From sequence record MN655998.1: a stretch of DNA of 64,000 nt. One strand, given 5' to 3'. A program made the translations under genes and the position numbers. Under the pieces are notes generated by a model that was not told the origin of the DNA, made no database searches, and saw only the letters and a program-made list of their open reading frames with translations. Below, one piece after another: positions 33,801-41,650 of the stretch. Source of the DNA: Escherichia phage E26. Every line of letters begins with the position of its first letter. Position 1 is the stretch's first letter.

Positions 33801-34970
33801 TTACCAATCAATCTTATCAGCCGGAATCAGTTTCTTATAATTCCGTAGATAGTAAGTTTTCATTGAATCCAGAATACGGTCATAATCAAGACCATCAAAT
33901 GCAATCATCAGACACATGAAAATATATGCTTGTGCATCACCATGTTTACGCGATTCGATAGTCGCATTGGATGCATATGTCTTTCTATCTTCTCCCGCGT
34001 GTGCGTTATAAAACTCTGTTGCTGTCGTAAAGGCATTGCGAAGAATAGACCTGAATGCTTCCTCGAATAGCTCGATTCGTTCCAGTGCTTCCGGTTCGCC
34101 TTCATATGCAGCACGCAAATCATCGGTTTCGCTTTCTACGACATAGTAGATCAGGTTATTAGGAAACATCGATGTGTTTTTAATGTTATGCACACCAATA
34201 TACCATTCACTCTTCACTTTGAACATTTGACCGTCTTTAGTGCGTGCAACAATTCCTTCGATGCCTTCTGCGATCCGAACTTCATCAAGAATATTGCTAA
34301 AACGCGCTGAATCAACCTGTAACGCATTTACCAGATGAGGACGTAGGATTGCGTCCGCAAATAGCATTTGATGCGGTACGTACTCTCCTGTGACGTTATG
34401 GCGTACATTCAGAAGTGTTAGCGACGGTTCAGAATATTCTACAACAATTCGGTTGCTGGGCGCTGTATATTCAAAGTTGAAAGTATAATCAGACCCAATA
34501 TCAGCAATCTTAGCGCGTAGATCCGCATACTTCTCTGAATACAGAAGACCGTTTGCTCTCTCTGCCTGGCTTGAGTACAAGGCCGCTTTAGACTTCAACT
34601 GAACATAGCCGTTATCAATGTATGTGCTTACTAGACTACCGTCCATTTTGTCCATGACCATTTCCACATCTTCCGGCTTAAAGCGAGCGCGATCATTCTC
34701 ACCCAAATTAAAAAACTTCTCCATAGGACGAGATGCGATGCGGACCGGACGACCTTTATCGTCAATTTCAAACATGATCCCGCGACACTCTAACGCATCT
34801 GGTTTATTCCACATTTCAGGTTTGCTCAAGTACATATAGCTAAAAATGCGCATACGGGTTTGCATCGCCGTAATTTCATCTTTGTAATAGAACGTATCAG
34901 ATCCGTCACACAGTGCCATAAGATTTTTGAACAATGCTAAAACTTTTTTGTTGTTTTCTTTTGTTGACAT
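33801..34970 (-). CDS. rnlA: RNA ligase 1
   Basis: 389 aa; ALECRGIMFE, RIASRPMEKFFNL, KMDGSLVS (lysine-adenylate motif), KDGQMFKVKSEWY; colinear with T4 RnlA. Confidence 0.92.
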   Translation of the reverse strand: MSTKENNKKVLALFKNLMALCDGSDTFYYKDEITAMQTRMRIFSYMYLSKPEMWNKPDALECRGIMFEIDDKGRPVRIASRPMEKFFNLGENDRARFKPEDVEMVMDKMDGSLVSTYIDNGYVQLKSKAALYSSQAERANGLLYSEKYADLRAKIADIGSDYTFNFEYTAPSNRIVVEYSEPSLTLLNVRHNVTGEYVPHQMLFADAILRPHLVNALQVDSARFSNILDEVRIAEGIEGIVARTKDGQMFKVKSEWYIGVHNIKNTSMFPNNLIYYVVESETDDLRAAYEGEPEALERIELFEEAFRSILRNAFTTATEFYNAHAGEDRKTYASNATIESRKHGDAQAYIFMCLMIAFDGLDYDRILDSMKTYYLRNYKKLIPADKIDW

Positions 34971-35367
34971 AATTTGTGTTCCATTCTGGTTTAAATTTGG
35001 TGATCAAAACAGGTTCTTCGATATCGGCAGTGCTTATAATATCCTTACCCGTTGGATTCTCGATGTACAACTCAAAGCACTGGCGGTAATAGAATGTTAC
35101 TGTCTTACCTTCCTCTAGCGCCTTATGAATATTCTTACTCTTGCGAGTATCCGCTGTTGGTGTTTGTCTGTTAATGCTAGTCCGGTAATAATTGATCCGC
35201 TTTCTGAGATTGACAGTCTGACCAATATATACCAGTTCATCATCAACCGCAATAGCGTAAAGAACATTTAAACGGTTCTTCTGAGGCGGCAGAATCACAT
35301 CACCATCTTTACACTCTAAACATGAATATTTAACGAATCCATAGTTTTCTATTAGCTCATTAATCAT
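34906..35367 (-). CDS. denA: endonuclease II (GIY-YIG family)
   Basis: 153 aa; VLYAIAVDDELVYIGQTVNLRKRINYYRT closely matches T4 DenA. Confidence 0.88.
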   Translation of the reverse strand: MINELIENYGFVKYSCLECKDGDVILPPQKNRLNVLYAIAVDDELVYIGQTVNLRKRINYYRTSINRQTPTADTRKSKNIHKALEEGKTVTFYYRQCFELYIENPTGKDIISTADIEEPVLITKFKPEWNTNYVNKRKQQKSFSIVQKSYGTV

Positions 35368-35384
35368 TATCCTTTCCTCACGTC

Positions 35385-35410
35385 ACAACAAAGGCGGGAT
35401 TTCTCCCGCC
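35385..35410 (-). terminator. Rho-independent terminator (minus strand)
   Basis: GGCGGGA-TTTC-TCCCGCC hairpin; U-run on minus strand. Confidence 0.55.
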
Positions 35411-35417
35411 CACCTTA

Positions 35418-35816
35418 TTAACTTTCCAGAATATCGCGAGCTTCGTTACGCTCCTTGATGATTTTCAGGACAAATTCCAGTTTTTCTTTGTTCAGCGTTC
35501 CATTTTCCATTGCTTCTTTGACGGTAAACACTCCGCCACCTTGCCCGTATACAGTGACAGTGATTTCACCTAACATCGTGGTATGAAAACCGCCAATTTT
35601 CGGTGATTCGAAAGAAACAATTACCTCGCGGACAGTATTACCGTCGTTGATTTCTGAGAGGGTAATGTCGTTTTTGTAGGCGGTTGCTTTAACCATACGG
35701 ATCAGCATAGTCTGATCTGGGGAGATGGTCATTTTGTCCATTGCATGTTGCAATGCAGCGTAACCGAAAACTTTAACGAAGTCCAGAACGTCTTTGCGAG
35801 TTTGAAATTTAATCAT
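35418..35816 (-). CDS. hypothetical protein
   Basis: ORF track 132 aa; promoter cassette upstream. Confidence 0.5.
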   Translation of the reverse strand: MIKFQTRKDVLDFVKVFGYAALQHAMDKMTISPDQTMLIRMVKATAYKNDITLSEINDGNTVREVIVSFESPKIGGFHTTMLGEITVTVYGQGGGVFTVKEAMENGTLNKEKLEFVLKIIKERNEARDILES

Positions 35817-35849
35817 CTTGATACTCCTTAGTTGTTTTGGTATGGGAGT

Positions 35850-35878
35850 ATCTTACTACTCCCGTGATATGCTGTCAA
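35850..35878 (-). promoter_or_regulatory. PeSL-like early promoter cassette 12
   Basis: TTGACA-N17-TAAGAT; palindrome GGGAGTA..TACTCCC. Confidence 0.5.
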
Positions 35879-35886
35879 CTGCTTTT

Positions 35887-36036
35887 TTATGCAACCGCAA
35901 ACATCAACATTTGAACATTCTTGGCTGTCTGGCTTTCAAAGTTCTGACATTCTTTGATAATGTCCTCTACTTTCTCGCCGGAGATCTCCGCGTAAGTTTC
36001 GATTGCCATTTTCAGTACCGCGTCAAAGTTGTTCAT
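35887..36036 (-). CDS. small hypothetical protein (49 aa)
   Basis: Manual translation MNNFDAVLKMAIETYAEISGEKVEDIIKECQNF...; not in ORF track. Confidence 0.4.
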   Translation of the reverse strand: MNNFDAVLKMAIETYAEISGEKVEDIIKECQNFESQTAKNVQMLMFAVA

Positions 36037-36074
36037 TTGATTCTCCTTAAAGTGTATTTCGTTTCGATGGGGGT

Positions 36075-36103
36075 ATATTACTACCCCCGTTATTCAGTGT
36101 CAA
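36075..36103 (-). promoter_or_regulatory. PeSL-like early promoter cassette 13
   Basis: TTGACA-N17-TAATAT; palindrome GGGGGTA..TACCCCC. Confidence 0.5.
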
Positions 36104-36322
36104 CTACTTTTTAATGACAAGTTCGAATTTTGCTACCTTGCGTCCTCGTTTATTGAAAGCAACCCACGGACGGTTTTCAATGTAGAACAATTCTTCGCCA
36201 ATAATGAATACTGGCTGATTGTAAAGGCGACCCATCAGGTCACGCTGGCGAATGGTAGTAGATTCGTATACTTCTCCTACTACAAAGTGCTTGCTGATAG
36301 AGTCGGTGCAAGTAAATTTCAT
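36104..36322 (-). CDS. small hypothetical protein (72 aa from internal Met MKFTCTD)
   Basis: Track N-terminal extension is read-through of the promoter cassette leader. Confidence 0.45.
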   Translation of the reverse strand: MKFTCTDSISKHFVVGEVYESTTIRQRDLMGRLYNQPVFIIGEELFYIENRPWVAFNKRGRKVAKFELVIKK

Positions 36323-36353
36323 TTTGATTCTCCTTTGTTTTCTTGATGGGAGT

Positions 36354-36382
36354 ATTATGCAATACCCCCTAATGTGTGTCAA
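36354..36382 (-). promoter_or_regulatory. PeSL-like early promoter cassette 14
   Basis: TTGACA-N17-CATAAT. Confidence 0.5.
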
Positions 36383-36546
36383 CTGCCTTTTTGAAAGTTT
36401 TCTGCTTTTCTTAGGTGAAATTTCGAGGAATAAAATTTAAAGTCTTCCTCTTTCACGATACTAATTGACGTTGCAAGGTTTTCGTCCCAATGGTTGATGA
36501 TATAGAGATTTCCTTCCGCTCTAAAATACCAACGTTGTGCTTTCAT
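36379..36546 (-). CDS. small hypothetical protein (about 55 aa)
   Basis: Manual translation MKAQRWYFRAEGNLYIINHWDENL...; SD AAGAGGTG; 3' end overlaps promoter cassette; low confidence. Confidence 0.3.
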   Translation of the reverse strand: MKAQRWYFRAEGNLYIINHWDENLATSISIVKEEDFKFYSSKFHLRKAENFQKGS

Positions 36547-36555
36547 GTTCACCTC

Positions 36556-36723
36556 TTAGCTAAACCAGATTTTACCATCGTTAGATACTTCGCAGATCAG
36601 GCGATTGCGCCATGTGCAGAAGTAAACACGTCCGAATTTACCTTCACCTGCATCGTGCTCGAAAGTAACGCCTTTGTTTTTCTTAGCCATGTTGCAAGCC
36701 TGACGATAAGTTAAAGTTTTCAT
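36556..36723 (-). CDS. small hypothetical protein (55 aa)
   Basis: Manual translation MKTLTYRQACNMAKKNKGVTFEHDAGEGKFGRVYFCTWRN...; not in ORF track. Confidence 0.4.
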   Translation of the reverse strand: MKTLTYRQACNMAKKNKGVTFEHDAGEGKFGRVYFCTWRNRLICEVSNDGKIWFS

Positions 36724-36756
36724 TTGATTCTCCTTAAAGTGTGTTTCGATGGGTGC

Positions 36757-36785
36757 ATTATGCTATACCCCGATCCGATTGTCAA
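36757..36785 (-). promoter_or_regulatory. PeSL-like early promoter cassette 15
   Basis: TTGACA-N17-CATAAT; GATC in spacer. Confidence 0.5.
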
Positions 36786-36832
36786 CACCCAATAACAAAA
36801 AAGTCGCCACTATGGGCGACTTTGAACAAACA

Positions 36833-37309
36833 TTAATCATGACCGTGATTTGCAATATCCGCGCGTGTCTTATCTTTGTGGTTCCCTACATCAAAGACAC
36901 GATAGCCGTTTTCTCTGAGAACTTTAATCACTTCTGGGTTATCCTCAAAGACTCCCACTACTTCATCTTTATCAAAGGATTTAATTACCTCTAATTTGAT
37001 GTGATAGTCTTTACGGGAATCGGTACGGCCTCTCATAAAGATTTTATCAAAACACACCCCGTTAGAAATTAACCAATCAATTGTTTCCATGTAAGCATGT
37101 GAACTTCGTCCGGTGAGGATGTAAATCAAATGCCCGTTGTCGGAAAGAGCATTAATAACACGAATTACATCGTAAATGGGGGAATCTCCCCCACATGCCT
37201 TGTTATATTCGATCCATGACTCTACTTTATCAAGATTTTCGGTTGGCATCTTTGCTAGTCGATGTGTTGGATCTGTGATCGTAAAATCTAAATCAACAAA
37301 ATATATCAT
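36833..37309 (-). CDS. HAD-superfamily phosphatase-like protein
   Basis: 158 aa; N-terminal DLDFTITD (DxD motif I), later ILTGRS and FEDNPE motifs. Confidence 0.55.
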   Translation of the reverse strand: MIYFVDLDFTITDPTHRLAKMPTENLDKVESWIEYNKACGGDSPIYDVIRVINALSDNGHLIYILTGRSSHAYMETIDWLISNGVCFDKIFMRGRTDSRKDYHIKLEVIKSFDKDEVVGVFEDNPEVIKVLRENGYRVFDVGNHKDKTRADIANHGHD

Positions 37310-38466
37310 AGATATTTCCCGAATCGGTTGTAGTCATCGTCTGTTAAATCGGTATTAACCTGAGATACCAGATACATGATCTCTACTTCTTGCGCCGCGT
37401 TTTGAACTTCGTCAGAGTTCAACCATTTACGCATCCACGGTAAAGGATGACGACGAACACTAAACGGGCTTTTCAGTCCGGCAGCACGCATACGGGAATC
37501 TGCCAGGTATTCTACATAGGTTTTCAGAATTTCCGGTGACAGGTTAGGAATTGCCCCCATTGCGAATAGGTGGTCTACCCATTCTTTTTCTTGCTCGACA
37601 ACATCCAGAAAGATTTTCGTTGCTTCGCCTTCAAGTTCTTCCGCAATCTGTTTCCACTCATCACCATCAACCCCCGTTTGCCATTGACGAATAATGTATT
37701 GTGTGCCTTTTAAGTGAAGTTGTTCATCACGCGCAATAAATTTCATGATCTTCGCGTTACCTTCCAGTAAACCACGTTCGGCAAAGCTGAAAGTACATGC
37801 AAAGGACACATAAAAACGAATTGCTTCCAAAGCATTAACGCAGTGTGCACACAGATAAATCGAAGCCATCAGATCTCGTTTTGTATCTTCAAAAAATCTT
37901 CTTGCATCATCTAATGCTGCCTGGTCGTCTCGTTCTTCCCAATAGCGGAGATCTTCTTTTGCATTCTCATACTTACGAATCCAATAAAGAACATCATCAT
38001 AATATTTCCCGATAGATTCCGCTCGCTTCATGATAGCAGGGTTATCGATGATCTGGTCGAACTCACTAGCCGGATCAATAAAACAGTTACGCATAATGTG
38101 AGTATAACTGCGGCTATGAATCGTTTCGCTGAATGTCCATGTTTGTAACCATGTATCGAGAGTTGGATCAGATACAATTGGACCAAATGCTGCGGACGGT
38201 GCGCGACCTTGAATAGAATCAAGTAATGTCTGATACTTCAAGTTTTCGGTAAAGAAACGCTTTTCAACGTCACCCATATTAAGATATTGAATGCGGTCGG
38301 TTGCAAGTGAAATCTCTTCTGGACGCCAGAAAAATGACAATTGCTTTTCGATTAGTTCTTCAAATACTTGATGACGCTGAATATCATAGCGAGCGATACC
38401 CAACCCACTACCCAGAAACATCGGTTCGTTCATAATATCAACATGTTCGCGGTTAAATACGCTCAT
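37306..38466 (-). CDS. nrdB: ribonucleotide reductase small subunit
   Basis: 386 aa; di-iron R2 motifs (EAIRFYVSFA, ERGLLEGN); no intron interruption. Confidence 0.9.
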   Translation of the reverse strand: MSVFNREHVDIMNEPMFLGSGLGIARYDIQRHQVFEELIEKQLSFFWRPEEISLATDRIQYLNMGDVEKRFFTENLKYQTLLDSIQGRAPSAAFGPIVSDPTLDTWLQTWTFSETIHSRSYTHIMRNCFIDPASEFDQIIDNPAIMKRAESIGKYYDDVLYWIRKYENAKEDLRYWEERDDQAALDDARRFFEDTKRDLMASIYLCAHCVNALEAIRFYVSFACTFSFAERGLLEGNAKIMKFIARDEQLHLKGTQYIIRQWQTGVDGDEWKQIAEELEGEATKIFLDVVEQEKEWVDHLFAMGAIPNLSPEILKTYVEYLADSRMRAAGLKSPFSVRRHPLPWMRKWLNSDEVQNAAQEVEIMYLVSQVNTDLTDDDYNRFGKYL

Positions 38467-38481
38467 TAATTCACCTCACTA

Positions 38482-38649
38482 TCACTTTTTAACACAAAAG
38501 AACTTAGTATTTCTGTTTATTTCGCTATCCTGTTGTAGTTCCCGCAAAGCCTCAAAACAACTTTGATGAGATGTAAACTCTACACCAGTGACCGTGCCTT
38601 TATTATACACACCAACACTAACGGAAAGCAATAACCATATTGTAGCCAT
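38482..38649 (-). CDS. small signal-peptide/membrane protein (55 aa), tandem paralog
   Basis: Manual translation MATIWLLLSVSVGVYNKGT...; TAATG stop-start overlap. Confidence 0.4.
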   Translation of the reverse strand: MATIWLLLSVSVGVYNKGTVTGVEFTSHQSCFEALRELQQDSEINRNTKFFCVKK

Positions 38650-38822
38650 TAGTTCACCTTCTGCTTTTCAACACAGTACAGATTCATAAAGCGTTTATTG
38701 TCTTCGCGGATAATCTCGCGAGCTTTAACGCAATCCTGCTTTGTGGAAAATTCAATGCTTGACATATTTCCGTAATTATACATTGAATTGCTTATTGCAA
38801 TCAATAACCATACAGTAGCCAT
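38649..38822 (-). CDS. small signal-peptide/membrane protein (57 aa), tandem paralog
   Basis: Manual translation MATVWLLIAISNSMYNYGN...; TAATG overlap with upstream ORF. Confidence 0.4.
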   Translation of the reverse strand: MATVWLLIAISNSMYNYGNMSSIEFSTKQDCVKAREIIREDNKRFMNLYCVEKQKVN

Positions 38823-38989
38823 TATCCGACAACCTCAAAACATTTATCATCAGGAAGAATAGCCCATTCTACGCCGTATTCATCCTTAACGTAGTAGCAA
38901 GTCCCATCATGTCGAGCATCATATTCATCACCGACAACAAAGCTATCAGCTAGCTCAAAATCTACCGCAACACATTTTAATTTTGCCAT
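38822..38989 (-). CDS. small hypothetical protein (55 aa from internal Met MAKLKCVAVDF)
   Basis: Track start 39052 lies inside the promoter cassette; internal ATG has SD GAGGA. Confidence 0.45.
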   Translation of the reverse strand: MAKLKCVAVDFELADSFVVGDEYDARHDGTCYYVKDEYGVEWAILPDDKCFEVVG

Positions 38990-39020
38990 AATAAAATCCT
39001 CATTTGTTTTTGATGGTTGA

Positions 39021-39049
39021 ATTATAGCGGGGATTTCTCCCCGCGTCAA
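39021..39049 (-). promoter_or_regulatory. PeSL-like early promoter cassette 16
   Basis: TTGACG-CGGGGAGAAATCCCCGC-TATAAT; palindromic spacer. Confidence 0.6.
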
Positions 39050-39057
39050 CACTTATT

Positions 39058-41301
39058 TTACAGCTTGCAAGATGAGCACTCGCTAGCGTCTTCCGTACCA
39101 TCTGCACCATCACGCACGTTAGCGTAATACAGTGTCTTGAGGCCGTAATATTGAGCAAACAACATATCATCTAATACATCAGCAATATCGACTTTACCAG
39201 TCTTATAAGTGCTTGGATCGTAGGATGTGTTGGAACTAATCGCCTGATCTACAAACTTCTGCATGATCGCTGCCAGTGTCAGATAAGGCTTGTTACCTTT
39301 CTTGATCAGTGTCCAAAGCAGGTCAATAACATCAGCATTATTCTCTACGTTCGGAATAACCTGATTAAATTGCCCTTCTTTCGATCCTTTAACCGATACA
39401 ATCCCGCGAGGCGGTTCAATACCGTTTGTGCTGTTAGACACCTGAGAAGACGACTCACAAGGCATCAGAGCCGAAAGCGTACTGTTACGAATGCCATATT
39501 TTTTCAGGTCTTCGCGCAGTTCTTCCCAATCCATCTCATACACCGGATCAACCAGTTCATCTACTGTCTTTTTGTACCAGTCAATAGGAAGTTCACCGCG
39601 ACCATAACGTGTTTCGTGCATCAGTTCGCAAGCGCCCTTCTCTTTAGCCAGTTGCACACTAGCTTTAATCAGAGCATATTGCAAGCGTTCAAACGTTTTA
39701 TGCGTAAACTCGTTAGCGTCTTCATATGTGAAGAAATTATCCGCAAGATATGATGCAAAGTTAGTCACGCCAACACCCAGAGAGCGACGTTTTTTGGCTG
39801 TCAGAGCTTGTTCTACTGGATAATCCTGGTAATCTAACAAGTTGTCAAGCGCACGCACCATAACCATAGCAATGCGTTCTACTTCTTCCATGTTTTCGAT
39901 ATCGAAATTACCTAAAACATATGCTGCCAAAGTGCATAGACTGATCTCTGAATCATCACGACCCATCGGTTTTGTCGGCAGAGCAATTTCACAACACAGG
40001 TTAGATTGTTTAATCGGTGCTACATTACGAATAAACGCCCCGTGATTGTTCATGTTGTCTGTGAACGCTGGATAGATTCGACCAGTGTTAAAACGTTCAA
40101 TTGCCACCGCTAAAAACAGGTCTTCGGCTTTAACACGAGTTTTACGAACACTCGGATCTTTTTCCAGTTTTTCGTAAAGCTGACGGAATCCTTCCTCATC
40201 TCGGAAGTACAGATCCCACAACAAGCCACCCGCAACATCTGGACTAAACAGAGTAATGTAATCCCGTTTAAGGAATCGCTCTACCATCAGGTTATTAATC
40301 TGTACGCCGTAATCAAGATGACGAATGCGGTTATCTTCTACCCCTTTGTTGTTCTTCAACACAATAAGACTTTCAAACTCTAAATGCCACATTGGGTAAT
40401 AGAGAGTCGCCGCTCCGCCACGAATACCGCCTTGCGAGCATGACTTAACAGCAGTCTGAAAATGTTTCCAGAATGGGATAACGCCAGTATGACGAACTTC
40501 ACCATGTCCGATCTTAGATCCTTCCGCGCGAATCATACCAGCATTGATACCGATACCAGCACGCTTACTAATATACTTGATGATTGCATTTGCTGTTTCA
40601 TTGATGCCCTGCAATGAGTCATCACTTTCAATCACCACACACGAACTAAATTGTCGTGTTGGAGTACGCACACCCGCCATAATCGGAGTAGGCAGAGAAA
40701 TTTGCTTATTCGCAACAGCATTATAAAAATCAATCACATGTTCAAGTCGATTTTCTGTCTCTTCTTGATGTAAGCACATACCGATCAGCATATAAGCAAA
40801 TTGCGGTGTTTCAATGATTTTCTTAGTGCTGCGATCCTGAACAAGATATTTCTCTTTTAACTGCATCGCACCAGCGTAGGTCATTTTAAAATCAAGTTTA
40901 TGATCGATGAATTTCTCCAGATATTCCACTTCTTCACGGGAATACTTTTGCAGAATTTCGCGATCATATTTTCCGGTTGCAATATTACGCTCAATATGGC
41001 TATAAAAATCAATCGGTTGGAATTGACCGTATACTGATTTACGAAGCGCGAACATTGCAAGGTTACTTGCTACATATTGATAATCAGGTGTTTCTACAGT
41101 AATGTTATCTGCGGCGACCTTAATCAATACTTTCTGGATATCATTGGTAGACATACCTTCTGTCAGAAGTGGTTCAACCATATCAAACAATTCATATGGA
41201 TCAACGTTATGACCTTCGGCTGCCGCTTCCAGAATTTTCATTACTTTTTCTTTTTCAAACGGAACAGTCAGACCGGAAGACTTAACAACATTTTTAATCA
41301 T
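39058..41301 (-). CDS. nrdA: ribonucleotide reductase large subunit
   Basis: 747 aa; ATP-cone N-terminus, class Ia R1 catalytic motifs, C-terminal CSSCKL. Confidence 0.92.
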   Translation of the reverse strand: MIKNVVKSSGLTVPFEKEKVMKILEAAAEGHNVDPYELFDMVEPLLTEGMSTNDIQKVLIKVAADNITVETPDYQYVASNLAMFALRKSVYGQFQPIDFYSHIERNIATGKYDREILQKYSREEVEYLEKFIDHKLDFKMTYAGAMQLKEKYLVQDRSTKKIIETPQFAYMLIGMCLHQEETENRLEHVIDFYNAVANKQISLPTPIMAGVRTPTRQFSSCVVIESDDSLQGINETANAIIKYISKRAGIGINAGMIRAEGSKIGHGEVRHTGVIPFWKHFQTAVKSCSQGGIRGGAATLYYPMWHLEFESLIVLKNNKGVEDNRIRHLDYGVQINNLMVERFLKRDYITLFSPDVAGGLLWDLYFRDEEGFRQLYEKLEKDPSVRKTRVKAEDLFLAVAIERFNTGRIYPAFTDNMNNHGAFIRNVAPIKQSNLCCEIALPTKPMGRDDSEISLCTLAAYVLGNFDIENMEEVERIAMVMVRALDNLLDYQDYPVEQALTAKKRRSLGVGVTNFASYLADNFFTYEDANEFTHKTFERLQYALIKASVQLAKEKGACELMHETRYGRGELPIDWYKKTVDELVDPVYEMDWEELREDLKKYGIRNSTLSALMPCESSSQVSNSTNGIEPPRGIVSVKGSKEGQFNQVIPNVENNADVIDLLWTLIKKGNKPYLTLAAIMQKFVDQAISSNTSYDPSTYKTGKVDIADVLDDMLFAQYYGLKTLYYANVRDGADGTEDASECSSCKL

Positions 41302-41312
41302 ATTACCTCACT

Positions 41313-41615
41313 TCATATATCAAGCGTATTTTCTGGAGTATCGCCGAAAACTCTATTAACGAGATCCGCCAATACTTCACCGTGGCATTTCTTAGGGTAG
41401 CAAGTACAACCTAAGCGCATATGTCTTAATACTTCTAAATGCGCTCGTGTTATCTCACCATTTCGAATCTTATTATACAACCACTCTTTGTATAATGCAA
41501 TAGCTTTCTCGCGTCCGTATTCTTTGGCGGTGTATGGATTTCCCCACATAGTACCACGCTGAATATTAACATCAAAATCGCTATTGTACTTGTTTACAAC
41601 GCGGCATATTTTCAT
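41313..41615 (-). CDS. DUF4326-like protein
   Basis: 100 aa; N-terminal pattern KIxxVVNK...FDVNIQRGTMWGNPY. Confidence 0.45.
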   Translation of the reverse strand: MKICRVVNKYNSDFDVNIQRGTMWGNPYTAKEYGREKAIALYKEWLYNKIRNGEITRAHLEVLRHMRLGCTCYPKKCHGEVLADLVNRVFGDTPENTLDI

Positions 41616-41650
41616 TTGATACTCCTGGCGGGGATTTCTCCCCGCCTTTG

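Noticed and set aside
37306-38466. Intron in nrdB (as in T4, which carries an intron with I-TevIII)
   Set aside because: The nrdB ORF is uninterrupted at 386 aa, close to the intron-less protein length.
38822-39052. Track ORF of 76 aa starting at 39052
   Set aside because: The first 21 codons translate the promoter cassette (-10 and leader). The real start is the internal ATG at 38989 with SD GAGGA. The same applies to the track N-termini of 23012..23368, 36104..36382, 62704..62919 and 63470..63775.
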